In this document: positions 1-13,652 of the stretch, one piece after another
Numbering within the stretch: the stretch's first letter is position 1
How the letters are laid out: each line of letters starts with the position of its first letter
NCBI GenBank assembly: GCA_951406725.2
Contig: OX597822.1
Coordinates: forward strand, 33,852,001 to 33,916,000
Source: Octopus vulgaris
Lineage: Eukaryota
Length of the DNA: 64,000 nt
Direction: 5' to 3'
Made by a program: the position numbers and the translations under genes
Notes under the pieces: generated by a model
Database searches by the model: none
Told to the model about the DNA's origin: nothing
Seen by the model: the letters and a program-made list of their open reading frames with translations, nothing else

Positions 1-39
1 AGCGAAGATAAGCATTTAAATTTGAACATCAAAGTATTA

Positions 40-411
40 TTTACTCTTTTACTCTTTACTCTTTTACTTGTTTCAGTCATTTGACTGTGGCCATGCTGGA
101 GCACCGCCTTTACTCGAGCAAATCGACCCCAGGACTTATTCTTTGTAAGCCTAGTACTTATTCTATCGGTCTCTTTTGCCGAACCGCTAAGTTACGTGGA
201 CGTAAACACACCAGCATCGGTTGTCCACACACACATATATATATACATATATATATATACAAATACATATATACGACGGGTTTCTTTCAGTTTCCGTTTA
301 CCAAATCCACTCACAAGGCTTTGGTCGGTTCGAGGCTATAGTAGAAGACACTTGCCCAAAGTGCCACGCAGTGGGACTGAACCCGGAACCATGTGGTTGG
401 TAAGCAAGCTA
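40..411 (-). mobile_element. SINE family A
   Basis: Reverse complement of 30540-30935. Confidence 0.9.
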
Positions 412-1710
412 CAATGTTGAGAAAAACTTTATATTTGCTAGAAAGTGCAGCCGAAGCAAGATAACCAGCAATATGGAATACAGCAATTGGGATGGAGTAG
501 ACTGGACACTGATTGCGGCTGGGAGGATAGGAATTAATGCATGTGTGTATGAATGAGATAAGGGTATTTAAAAAGCTAAAGAAAAAAATAGCAAATTAAA
601 TATACAGATGAAATAAACGAAAGAAATCCGGTCTGCTACTTAGAGATTAATGACCAGTAGAGTTCATAGGAATCACTGAGAGCCACACTGGCCGGAAAAC
701 AATAAATGATGAATAATAAAGATAAGAGATAATTTAAAGAAACGAATCAACGCCGTAAAAAGACAACAAAGTGTTTTAATTATCGTATGAAATTTTTTTT
801 TCTATTTTTATTTTATTTTATTTTATTTCCTTTGACACACTTCCTCTGCTACTTGGTAAAATTCATCTTCAGTTTCTTCTTATTTCTATTTTGTTTTGTT
901 TGTTTTTATCACTCAAATAACTTTTGTTATGATTTTTTTTACTTTTTGAAGACTATGAATACGTGAAAGGTTGCTTTGACTTCGTAATTTTTATGGTTGT
1001 TGGTGTCATTATTGTAATATTGGTTTTTATATTGGTTACAAGGGCCTAAGGGCTTAACTCAAAGCAAAAAGGGACAATACAACACAAGGGGCAAGTAGGG
1101 CTTAGCACAAAACTTCGTGTACAAAATTGAAGGTGCTTCTTTGGAGTGTGATCTACAAGGGAGATTACTTTAGATTACTTTTTAGTTTACTTTTCAATTT
1201 CTAAAACCTTTCAGATGTTGGCTAAAGATTTTTACAATGTGATCAACGACGAGACGAAGGCAGTTGCAGTTTTACAAGAAACCAGAAATAAATTCGAATC
1301 ATTTCTTAAGAAAAAGTAACGCGCCACTTGGTCGTGTGATCTGCAATTTAAAGGGAGATTACTTTAGGTTACGTTTTAGTTTACTTTGAGTTAATGCTAC
1401 TTTCCGTGTGATCTACGTGAGCAAATTTACTTTGGTGGGTGATATACGCTTGTTTTAATTAATATGTGGTCTTCTTATTATTAAAAGAGTAAGAATTTTG
1501 AAAAAAATACATTTACAATGCCAGAATGTTCAGAATATTTTTTAAAGTAGACTAAAGTATTCTCCCTTATAAATCACATACCAAAGGAGCACCAAATTGA
1601 AACAATAAAAGTTAACAACAAAAAAAACCTCCACAGTAAAATTCCCCAAGTGAAATTCCACCTACAGACAACCCAGGAACCTCAAGATTGGTATTTAGGC
1701 AGTGTGTTAC

Positions 1711-1916
1711 TGTTGTAATCCTTTATGTCGGATTATTATAAATCTCACTCCAGTATAGCAGTATAGTTAGTAAGACAAGTAAGAGCACAACAGTCTATGA
1801 CCGTCTACTACATACTCTCTGTTTATACTGACCGACATCATCTTATTTATAACGACTACTACATACCACCCGTAACGTAAAGGGGGTGTACCATTATTAC
1901 TGTTACCCTCACAACA
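1711..1916 (-). repeat. 3' LTR (206 bp) of the Gypsy remnant
   Basis: Bounded by TGTTGT...ACAACA inverted ends, immediately after the PPT. Confidence 0.75.
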
Positions 1917-3020
1917 TCTCCCCCTTTAAGTTATTCTTTTTTTCTTAGGGGGTGTCAATTCATTTCTTTTAATAGCAATACTTTTTTGTATCACCCCACT
2001 TCAGTTTTGGGGTCTTTTTTTTCTAAGTTACACATTTAATATGTTTTCCGTTTGGCATTCACTTCCAGGAACTCCGTACATTTTCTTTTACTTACACTTG
2101 TGCACCTAGGTTCAATCACCTGTAGTGGCGTTGGTACTTGAAAAGTATCATATAACCATTCCATTGGTTCTTCCAATCTCTTGGGTTCACTCTCAACGAA
2201 TCTTTTTTCAGTTGGTTTATGTGTCTCTTGTATACACCTGTTCTACATTTTACCAAGTATAACATTTTTCCTATGCGTTTTGTAATCACGCCATCTTCCC
2301 AACTCTGTTTTCCGTTCTTACATGCCCTTTTCACCGATTTCACCAATTACAAAAATCTTGCTGTATTTTCCAAAGCAATTTTTCTTTTCTTGCCCGGTAG
2401 CAATTTGTCGAAGACTGATTTTATTTCCTTCGCGAACATACCTGTTGGTGTATTTGGATTTGGTATCACACAGAATACTCTTAAGAATTGTTGTAGAATT
2501 ACCTCATCCGTGGCTTCCTTATTCAAATTTCTTAGGGCTTTCTTGAACGTATCGTCAAAGCATTCTAACTATCCGTTAGATCTGGGATGGTATGGCGGCG
2601 TAGTTACAACGAACATTTTACAAAACATTTTAACCTCAAAAGACACAAATTGCATTCCATTGTCAGACACTATCGCGTCTGGGATGCCAAATCTCGCAAA
2701 CAGCTCATGTAAAAATTTGTCGAAGTTGAGGAGGCTAGTTTTTTACACTTGCAAATTTCTCGCCATTTAGAAAAAACTAAGTAGTATGAACCTTTTAAAG
2801 GACCAGTGAAATCGATGTGTAGTCTCGACTACGGAACATCTACTTTTGTCCAAGGTTCACTTTCTAGTGTCGGTAATTTTACTGTTAGAGAACATCCCCT
2901 AGAGCCTTTCAATAAAGTTTCGATTTCTCTATCCACTTTTGGCCAGTACACGTAGCTACACATTGAAGCTTTCATCCTCGAAATACCAAGATGTCCAACA
3001 TTATATTCCCTCAATATTTT
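1711..3020 (-). mobile_element. Ty3/Gypsy LTR retrotransposon remnant (degenerate integrase, PPT and 3' LTR)
   Basis: The minus strand encodes GHLGISRMK..YVYWP (integrase zinc-binding region), HIDFTGP, IVSDNG, PPYHPRSNG and KRHINQLK, with stops and frameshifts. The polypurine tract AAAGGGGGAGA abuts the LTR. Confidence 0.9.
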
Positions 3021-3049
3021 CTTTTATAGTATTTTAGGTATCACTGCTC

Positions 3050-3196
3050 TCTGATCTGAGTTCAAATTCCGCTGAGGTTGACTTTGTCTTTCATCCTTTC
3101 GGTGTCCATAAATTAAGTACCAGTGAAACACTGGGGTCGATGTAATCGACTTATCCTTTCCCCCAAAATGGCTGCCCTTGTAGCAAAATTTAAAAC

Positions 3197-3280
<84 letters not shown>

Positions 3281-3462
3281 GGTGGTGAGCTGGCTGAATC
3301 GTTAGCATGCCGGGCAAAATGCTTAGCGACATTCCGACCTTCTTTACGTTCTGAGTTCAAATTCCACTGGGGTCAACTTTGCCTTTTATTCTTTCGGGGT
3401 CGATGAAATAAGTATACCAGTTCAACAATTTCAGACCTCGTACCTATAGTAGAAAGGATTAT
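3050..3462 (+). mobile_element. Two SINE family B copies separated by (ATT)n
   Basis: The family B core occurs twice. It truncates the Gypsy remnant. Confidence 0.8.
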
Positions 3463-4348
3463 TTTTAACGAGTTGAGTGGCCATATAGAGGTTTTCATTT
3501 GATTTCGTGTTAATACTTTCGTTTGGTATGGTAATAAATTTTTCTATCACATTCAACGTGTCACTGAAATTGAGCTGAAATATCGTAAACGATCTTTTAG
3601 TCTATGGTCTATCTATTATTAGTCCCCAGTTGAAACGCTATACCCCAAGCATTTATCTTCTGCTCTATGCAGTCACAGGAGTAGATTTATAACGATTTCT
3701 CTTTTGTGTTTGACATTAATGACACAAGTTAGTTATAGAGATTACGTGAAAGATAAGCAAGCATGTTCACTATATTGGCAGCCATTCATATTCTATTAAC
3801 ACTCTCCGGGAATAATTTATTGCATGTCAGTATAACGCCGAATTAGACGATTCGTTAGAACGTAAGAATGTATATTATGAGGGGTTTGTAGGTATGGTCC
3901 ACTACGTTCTGCGTTCAAGTCCAACGAAGATCGAAGATCAACTTCGTCTTTCTTCTTTGTGTTTCTAAAATAATGGCTCAGGCGAGTACTGAGGTCAAAT
4001 TACAAGCCTTGTTCCTACGGCGATTATTTACAGCATGTAGGGCATGTGAGAAGGAAGGTGTTCAACTGGTTAATTATTCAAGAACCCCGGATATCCAAGA
4101 AGGGGTTCGTAAATTTCTGACGAGCTTGAAAGTGAGGAGACCCCATCACTCTCGCCCTCTTCCAGATGGGCACATTAGTATACTAATCTGTTTTGATTTA
4201 ATTAAATTCAATGTCTTTGTGTAGCTGAGGAATGCTCTGCATTTTAAATTGATGTAATGATTGCATTGTTCAATTAAATGGAGTTGCATGAAACGATCGT
4301 ATTGCATTACCTCTGGATATCCTTGTTGCTTATTTCTGATATATATAC

Positions 4349-4384
<36 letters not shown>

Positions 4385-5922
4385 ATAAAATCTTTTGTAT
4401 CTCTGTTCCCAATGCATTTTCAAACGGCTCAACCAAATGAATCAAACCAAATGTTACATGGTAATACTATCACACCACAGGAGTGTCAACATGTACCTTC
4501 TAGAATACTATAAAGTATATTAAACGTTTCTATAAGTCAATACCGCATTGTACTGCGTTAACAGTCATTGTTTGTTTTACTTCTAACGTCTCGTGTACGA
4601 AACGTCGCAGCATAAATCAGTGCCTGGCTATAATTTCTATAGAATATCTATTGAGATAACCATAACAAGTTGTAGCGGCACAAGCAGCCAGCCATATTGG
4701 ATGAGATCTCGCGGCAGCCATTGCCATCTCCGAGACTGGAGCGAGACCTCACCTCCATCCATTTGCTATGCGCGAGATCACAACGAGGCTCGTGATGGAA
4801 ACGATATAGACGGAAAATCGATTCAGACCTGTTACCTCTTTTGGCGGCATCACCACAGCAGCATTGGCTGAGGCTTTCTGCTTGTCTATCTTCAAAGGCA
4901 ATGCGCCCACGCTATCGGAGCTTAAGATGGTAGCTGAGAGTAGCACACTTCACCTTTCCTGTAAATAAACCAGTTGTAAATAGCAGTTCCACTTGAGGTC
5001 TTTTCTCTTTGCCTGCCGAAAGTCTGAATTACATAAAGAACAAGAAGAATGATGGAAGGAGATGATATTCCTCCGATATAATAAACCTTGCCTTCCATTA
5101 TTAAAAATTTTTTAAAAGAGGAAAAGAAAAAAAATGAAAGAAAATTAGTGTAAATATTTTGCAGCCCAGCTCTCTTTATTAATAGCAAGATAGAATTGAA
5201 TTTTCTTTCCACATAACTTCTGCTTCTTGGCTATGAAGTTAAAAAGAAAAATAATACTTGATTTTATTAAGGATGGAAATTTGTCCATTCCCCCTTTCAG
5301 TCATCATAATTCCCCCTCCAAGGTAAACAACTTTTATGAGGGACATTGTGTTCTGTATGCCCTGAATGCAACACCAGTAGCAGTAGGGGCAACAACAAAA
5401 GCAACAGCAGCAGCCGTTCAAGAATTTGGACCTGGAGATCTCCATTACCAGCGACTTCGAGGGCCACCTCCCAGTAGTGTCGGGCGTCAACGAAGAGCCC
5501 TCGACTACAGTAAGACAACCAAAGTTTTTTTCCAAGGTCTGGGATCTCCCGCTCCTAAACCTCAGACCATCACCTAATCACTCTTACCTGTCTTGTTGCT
5601 TAACAACAACAACAGCAGCAGCAGCAGTGAGACCGTCACAAACGTTAGAACATTACACCAACGAAATACACAAATGAGATAATATACGTATATTTAAACA
5701 TTGGCACAAGGCCACGGATTTTGTCTGAAGGCTAAAGGCCATTCAAACGACCCCATCACTTGGTTATTATTCCTCATTTTTCGGAACCGGAAGCATGAAA
5801 TGGAAACTTGATATCGGTGAGATTTGAACACAAAACGTAATGGACTGTAATTAAGTTACAATGTTCGACTGTATTTCACAGTCGACGGTATCATACACAC
5901 ATACATATACACACACACACAC

Positions 5923-5981
<59 letters not shown>

Positions 5982-6023
5982 TATGTGTATATATATATAC
6001 ACACATATATTTACATGTACATA

Positions 6024-6109
<86 letters not shown>

Positions 6110-6134
6110 AATACATATATACACACATGTACAG

Positions 6135-6170
<36 letters not shown>

Positions 6171-7017
6171 GAAATTGATAGATAGATTGATAGGTAATTT
6201 TTTTTTACTCGTTTTCTATATCCTTCATTCATAATTTCTAGCTAAGAGCAGATGTTCGTGTTGACAGCATATCACATACACGCACGCGCGCACGCATATT
6301 GTAACCAATAGATCAGACATCCACATACTAAAATCACCAGCGCGGCAATATTTCCGTAGCTGAAATCATTATGCTATAAATAGGTACCGCAATGGAGGTA
6401 GGAAACGAATTATGGCTATAAACAGTGATAACGCTGCACAATCGATGAGTTTTACCGGGTTTGTCTCGTAGATTGCGTTTCTCGTCTGTAATCATTTTAT
6501 TTCATTCGGTTAGTAAAACGCGTGGAGTTCATAATGATATAAGCCACAACACGTTGGTCCATAAAAATAAAAATAATTAAATACTGATAAATGATATCTT
6601 TTGTTGGCTGCAAGGGCCGATCATCATCATTATTGTTCGACCGTGGTCGAGACTAAATTCCATAGTCTTTTCAAATGGCTAATAATGTGTGCGCGCGCCA
6701 CTACTACACACATTGGAAAGCATTGTACAACCAAGTACTAAAGAAGATCTTTCCTCCTCCATGAAACAAAGCTGTTCCCGCTGGACGTCAACCCAGTATT
6801 TCTAAGCTACGGACCGAGTGATTTATTGTAAGGTTATCTCCCTAGATAGATTGCCTTCACTACGGCTAAGGAGCACTTTCTACCCCAAGGGCTGAAGATC
6901 TCGGGCGTGTGCATTATCGAAATATATATATGAGTGCATACATACATACATACATACATACATACATACATACATGCATACATAATACATACATATACAT
7001 GTATTATATATATGCAT

Positions 7018-7086
<69 letters not shown>

Positions 7087-7259
7087 CGCATTTCGGAATG
7101 GTCATTTTGCCAGTTTAGCCAATAAATGACCATTCCGAAATACAACAATATCTGTTTCAACACACGGCTTCACATAAAAAATTCTTGCACAACAAATATA
7201 TATATATATATGCATATATACATACATATATGTATATACCTACATATATATGTATATAT

Positions 7260-7445
7260 ACATGCATTTATGGATACAGGACATCAAAAAAGCGTTGAAC
7301 ACAATGAGAAACGAATGTATAAATACAAAAACATACAAAACGAACTTTTTTTCGAACAATGAAAAAAACAGAGAAACGAGACATGCAACATAAAGAATAT
7401 TCCCCTTCATCAGTTGTCCCTGTTTCATCTACTCCGCGTTCGAAG
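7260..7445 (-). repeat. Unclassified (TA)n-associated repeat
   Basis: Reverse complement of 44510-44700. The near-identical spurious peptides in the ORF track confirm this. Confidence 0.8.
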
Positions 7446-7542
7446 GTAAGGACAAGACGCGACTTCGTTGACACAATCTTTCCCGCAAAGCAAATTAAAT
7501 AAAATTTGGGATTTTTTGCGGAGGGTGAAAGTGTTAACAAGG

Positions 7543-7991
7543 GTACACCAGGCACATGCATCACAACCATATGTGCACATGGTGATCTCATATCAAGATA
7601 AACAGCACACGACCTTGCAGGTGGGGCCCAGTTAGAACTTTCTTCAGGTCGAGTAGTCCATCCTTCTCAAAAGGTCGCTGAAAAAGGTTGTTTAAGGATG
7701 TTGAACGAAATGCCCATGTTACCAAAGGTGAATTATTCAGACTCCAAAGAATTCCTCTTAACACATAGCCATAATGCTCCCCCACTACTTCTGCTCATGA
7801 TCAGAGATCCACATACTGTCAGCCACTAAGAGACATACTCAATTAGTTAAGGTCAGCCGACGGACAAGCAAATCTGTGGTACTGAGCAGAATATTTGCTG
7901 CAGCCCATCTTTTATACCAAGACAAAACAGTGTACATCATAACACTTCTAATCAGTTAAGATCAGAAGCCACTGCCTGGTACTGCATCGGG

Positions 7992-7995
<4 letters not shown>
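7543..7995 (-). repeat. Unclassified interspersed repeat abutting (AAT)n
   Basis: Reverse complement of ~62960-63325. Confidence 0.8.
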
Positions 7996-8069
<74 letters not shown>

Positions 8070-8519
8070 TCCTTCTTTCTTCAGATTTTCTTCCATTTCT
8101 CGCCGGGTGTTATCCGAAAACCTAAGGCAGAGAAGCTCATTGTATGCATTCCCAGATTACACACTCAAATGCTTAGCGAAATGCTTAGCGATATTTTACC
8201 AGTCGCTACGTTCTGAGTTCAAATTCTACCAAGAATGACTTTGCCTATCGTCCTTTCAGCATCGATTAAATAACCACCAGTTACGCACATAGATCGATTT
8301 AATCGACTTAATCTCTTCCCCCAGTTTTGAGGCCTTGTGCTTCCAGTAGAAAGGATTATTATTATTATTATTAGGTAAAGTCGACCTCGGTGTCATTTGA
8401 ACGCAGAACATAGAGACTGACGAAGAAATGTCACTAAGCATTTTGTCTGTCTCTGTGTTTGATAAACGGTAACGAGTCTCCCAGCTTACTGTTTTATGAT
8501 GATGTTGATAATAATAATA

Positions 8520-8628
<109 letters not shown>

Positions 8629-8667
8629 TAATAATACGAGTAATAGTAATAATCTACTCTTCTAAAG

Positions 8668-8979
8668 TAGGGTTGGCCAACCTGAAGCCCGTGGGCCGCA
8701 TGCGGCCCGCTCGATATTTTCTTGAAATAGGTATATTTTAAACAAACATTAAAAAATATTTTATCAAAAATTAAAGATTGTAATGAAAAGTAAAAAAAGA
8801 AAGTTACTACTGTTTCTGCAATGATAATATTTCATGTTGAATCAACGATGATTAATTCATTATTGTAATAGTAGCATGAGAAAGCAAAACGCTTTCAATT
8901 CTGTCAGTATACAAGCAGCCCTCAAAAAACTCTCCGTGATTAAAGTAGCCCGCAATGTAAATGGATTTGGCCAGGCCTG
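8668..8979. mobile_element. hAT (Charlie-like) MITE
   Basis: 8 bp TSD TTCTAAAG (8660-8667 and 8980-8987), imperfect TIRs TAGGGTTGGCCAA / TTGGCCAGGCCTG, and subterminal GGGCCGCATGCGGCCC. Confidence 0.85.
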
Positions 8980-9298
8980 TTCTAAAGGCACAAGGCCTGA
9001 AGTTTTAGGGGAGGTGACCCTAGTGTTTCACTAGTATTTAATTTGTCGACCCTGAAAAGATGAAAGGCAAAATCGACCTCGCTGGGATTTGACCTGAGAA
9101 CGTAGCGACGGGCAAAATACCGCTAAGCATTTCGCCCAGCGTGCTAACGTTCCTTCCTGCTTGCCACCTTGATAATAATAATAATGGTTTCAAATTTTGC
9201 CACAAGGGCAACAGTTTTAGGGGAGGGGATGAATCGGTTACATCGACCCCAATGTTCAACTGGTATTTATTTTACCAACTCCGGAAAGTCGACCTCTA

Positions 9299-9704
9299 AG
9301 GCGGCGAGTTGGCAGAATCGCTAGCACGCCGGGCGAAATGCTTTGTGGTATTTCGTCCGCCGCTGCGTTCAAATTCCGCCGAGATCGACTTTGCTTTTCA
9401 TCCTTTCGGGGTCGATTAAATAAGTACCAGTTGCGCACTGGGGTCGATATAATCGACTTAATCCGTTTGTCTGTCCTCGTTTGTCCTCTGTGTGTTTAGC
9501 CCCTTGTGGGTAGTAAAGAAATAGGTATTTCGTCTGCCGTTATGTTCTGAGTTCAAATTCCGCCGGGGTCGACTTTGCCTTTTATCCTTTCGGGGTCGAT
9601 AAATTAAGTACCAGTTAACTGGGGTCGATATTATCGACTTAATACCCTTGTCTGTCCTTGTTTGTCCCCTCTATGTTTAGCCCCTTGTGGGCAATAAAGA
9701 AATA
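9299..9704 (+). mobile_element. SINE family B, tandem dimer with Tx1-like tails
   Basis: Head GGCGGCGAGTTGGCAGAATCG, B-box-like GTTCAAATTCC, core GACTTTGCCTTT(C/T)ATCCTTTCGGGGTCGAT and tail AGCCCCTTGTGGG..AAAGAAATA, twice. Confidence 0.9.
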
Positions 9705-10233
9705 ACAATTTAGGCTCAGAACGTAAAGACGGGCGAAATGCCACCAAGCATTTTGCCTGGCGCGGTAACGATTCTGCCAAACTCAACAGTTTTATGCATT
9801 GTACTAATAAAATAATGTATATTCAGTCATCTAGACTCACGTAGTGAAACATGATAAACTATATTACTGACGTTACATTGAATACGGTGCAATAGCAAAT
9901 CGTCTGCAGCTATCTGCTACGTTGTTTTCTTCGACGTAACTAGCATATTCAGAGATTGTCTATTCAAAATTATATAGACACTGTTGTTCTGAAGAAGATA
10001 ATTGTGATTTAAATATATCTGTCCTTTTACTGAGTGTGTCTTAGCAATGCTTTTGTATTGATGCAGTGCAGAATCAGAATGCATTATATATAATGCTTTA
10101 TATATACACACACACACACGCACACGCACATATTGTGTGTGTGTAATTTTTGGACTAAAGGTTTTATGACAACGATCGTCGCACGAAATAATGGTTAATA
10201 CCATATCCATCTTTCATCTCCTTAATCGATTAC

Positions 10234-10291
<58 letters not shown>

Positions 10292-10356
10292 GTTGTTATT
10301 ATTATTAATGTGTGTATATATATATATATGTACATATCTAACTATCTATCTGTATG

Positions 10357-10389
<33 letters not shown>

Positions 10390-10418
10390 ATGTATATATA
10401 TATTTATATATAAACATA

Positions 10419-10462
<44 letters not shown>

Positions 10463-10515
10463 TACAAACATTTACATATACGTACTTATGTACGCATCTA
10501 TATCTATCTATCTAT

Positions 10516-10585
<70 letters not shown>

Positions 10586-10664
10586 TGTACATATACATAG
10601 GCATATTTTAGTGTATATATGTGTCTTCCTATATTCTCATGTATTATGTATGATGTAAGCATGC

Positions 10665-10722
<58 letters not shown>

Positions 10723-10942
10723 ATTCATGCTTGCATATTTGAATTTACGCATGACTGCATGTTTGAATGGATGGATGGATGTGTGCCTGTACATGTATAT
10801 CTAAACATTGCAGACCTCTTATCGATCAAACACGTGCTTTTGTGAACCTGAAACTCTGAGTAAGAGCCATGTGAGTCATTAACTGCCAATCCACACATGT
10901 GCACGGCCGAGAGGCATAGAGAGATGGGTGGGGTGTGAAAGA

Positions 10943-10978
<36 letters not shown>

Positions 10979-11585
10979 CCATGTGTTCAAAAGCTTGCTT
11001 CCGGCTACATTAAAGCTTGCGTCACTCGTATTGTTTTTTCAGCTGCAAATGTCATCAGCACACAATATGTGCATATGTATGTATGTATGTATGCATGTAT
11101 GTATGCATGTATGTATGTATGTATGTATGTATGTATGTATGTATGTATGTATGTATGTATGTATGTATGTACGTACGTATGTATGTATGTATGTATATGT
11201 GTACGCGTGTCTGTGTATTTGTATGATGCATGCATGTACATACATGTTTGTACGTGTGTAAGTATGCATGTAGAGATGTATGTACGCCTATATGTGCGTA
11301 TGAATACATACGTACTTATATATGTATACGTATATATTATACACGCAAGAAAACACATAGGTGCAACACAAAGTGGAAAAATAGTACTCGAGTACCAAAA
11401 GCAGAGTCAAATACAGTGATATGCAGACCAATAGTCTGCGTTACCATAACTACCTGATGAACGGTTTCCCGAAACTCTGAGTAACAGTTCGTGAAACTTC
11501 TTTGGGCTTCAGAAAACATTGTAAACACACGCACGCGTGCACGCGTGCACACACTCACACACACACAAACTCACACACACACACA

Positions 11586-11632
<47 letters not shown>

Positions 11633-12094
11633 GCACGCACGCACACACGCACACGCGCGCAGATGCAAATTTCTTTTACTTACTTCCGTCATTAGAACGA
11701 CTCAAACGAAGCGTTTATTTTTCGCTTTTTAAGCCTGGTTTTTACTCTATCGGTCTTTTCTTTCGAACCACTAAGTTACAGGGACGTAAAACCGTCAACC
11801 TTGATTGTTAAGCTGGGGGAGCAGAACAAACGCAGACTCAAGCCATACATACACGTACACATGCGTATACACCTATATATACGATGGACTTCTTTCAGTT
11901 TCCGTCTCCCAAGTGCACGCACACAAGACACGCGTGCACATACTAAACACATAGATATATACACACACACAGATACAGATGTAAGCACATTCGCAGATAC
12001 GAATAATCCGTGCCAGAGAAAGACAAAACAAAATAGGACATGACGAGAGAGAAGAGGAGACATAAGGTACAGAAAGTCGTTGAAGAATCTAATA

Positions 12095-12605
12095 CCGTAA
12101 ATCCTCGAGTATAGTCCGCCCTTGAGTATAATACGCAGGGGATTTTTAGGAGGCTGTACCTCTGAAAAACCTAAACTTTGTATATAATACGCACCCCTTC
12201 TCTAACTTGAATCAAGGAGGTCCATATAACGTCCTTGGTTTGTAAAAATATATACGGTAACGTCCTTTATTATTATTGTATATATAACATAATGCAAACG
12301 TGTAGCTTTTTTGTGCATTTTGTTTTCAGGAAATAAAGAAATAACAGTAACAACGTTTAATAAATGTTGCTTACTGTAAGTTATGGATGATTCTTTTATG
12401 ACTTCATTGCTTTCAGGTTTAGCTTAAGGCATTTTAGCGCCCGGCATCAGAAAATGCGTCTGAATAAACATTGCCGGACAGCAAATAGAGACTCGGACAT
12501 TGCTTAGAAAATAATTTCCATTTTTAACCTCGTATATAGTACGCACTAGGGATCTTGACCATTAAATTTTGGGGAAAAGTGCGGATTATACTCGAGGATT
12601 TACGG
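12095..12605. mobile_element. Tc1/mariner-pogo type MITE
   Basis: 25 bp TIRs CCGTAAATCCTCGAGTATA(G/A)TCCGC with one mismatch, TA on both sides, and internal TATAATACGCA repeats. Confidence 0.88.
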
Positions 12606-12824
12606 TAATAAAAAGATAAAGTGAAGATCAAATAAATAATGCGTGTTTATTGGCCAAATTTACCATCCCCAAATATAACAATGTGTGTGTGCTAGAGTAC
12701 CAATAAAGTGGGTCTAATGACGTAATGTTATGGGCACATATTCCAACAACTCCATCGTAGCAACTCTACAATTATGTTTTGATGAAACTGTCCATATTCT
12801 AAAGTGATATGACGTGTTTTGCCT

Positions 12825-12876
<52 letters not shown>

Positions 12877-12899
12877 TGTGTGTCTGTGTGTGTCTGTGT

Positions 12900-12946
<47 letters not shown>

Positions 12947-13256
12947 TGTGTGTACACGACGGGCTTTCGTACAGCTTCCTTCTACGAAATTCGCTCAGAA
13001 TGCATTGGTCGGAATGGGGCCGGACCCGGAGCCATATTAGAAGACACTTGCCCAAGGTGCTACACAGTGGGACTGAACCCGAAATCACTCGGTTGCAGAG
13101 TGAGCTTTAAATACATATTCTCGAAACCGACAGAAAACGCATTTAGTGTATGAGATTATGAGTCTATGACAAGAACAGCACACACTCATTCGTCCATATG
13201 TAAATAATTCATGTCAGCGACAACTGTTCTATTGTGTAAGTTTTTGTTTTAATATT

Positions 13257-13652
13257 ATTTACTAATCTCGGCACAAGGCCCGAAATTTTGAGGGAAGGAG
13301 TCAGTCGATTAGATTGACCCCAGGACGCAACTGGTACTTAATTTATCGACTCCAAAAGGATAAAAGGCAAAGTCGACCTCGGCGGAATTTGTACTCAGAA
13401 CGTAGCCGCGGACAAAATATCTATTTCTTTACTACCCACAAGGGGCTAAACACAGAGAGGACAAACAAGGACAGACAAACGGATTAAGTCGATTACAGCG
13501 ACCCCAGTGCATAACTGGTACTTAATTTATCGACCTCGAAAGGATGAAAGGCAAACTCAACCTCGGCGGAATTTGAACTCAGAACGTAGCGGCAGACGAA
13601 ATATGGCTACGCATTTCGCCCGGCGTGCTAACGTTTCTACCAGCTCGCCGCC
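13257..13652 (-). mobile_element. SINE family B dimer (two different tails)
   Basis: Two cores, with a probable TSD TTTTTGTTT(T/A)AATATT. Confidence 0.85.

Noticed and set aside
81-420. Recurring peptides such as YDGLLSVSVYQIHSQGFGRPEAIVEDTCPRCHAVGLNPEPCGW and [24 protein letters not shown]
   Set aside because: They are antisense readings of SINE families A and B, and their recurrence reflects SINE copy number, not a protein family.
2219-2770. 183 aa plus-strand ORF
   Set aside because: It is the antisense shadow of the decayed Gypsy integrase on the minus strand.
4590-5640. Decayed LINE ORF1 or host exon in GC-richer unique sequence
   Set aside because: No recognisable motif or continuous frame, so it cannot be supported without a homology search.
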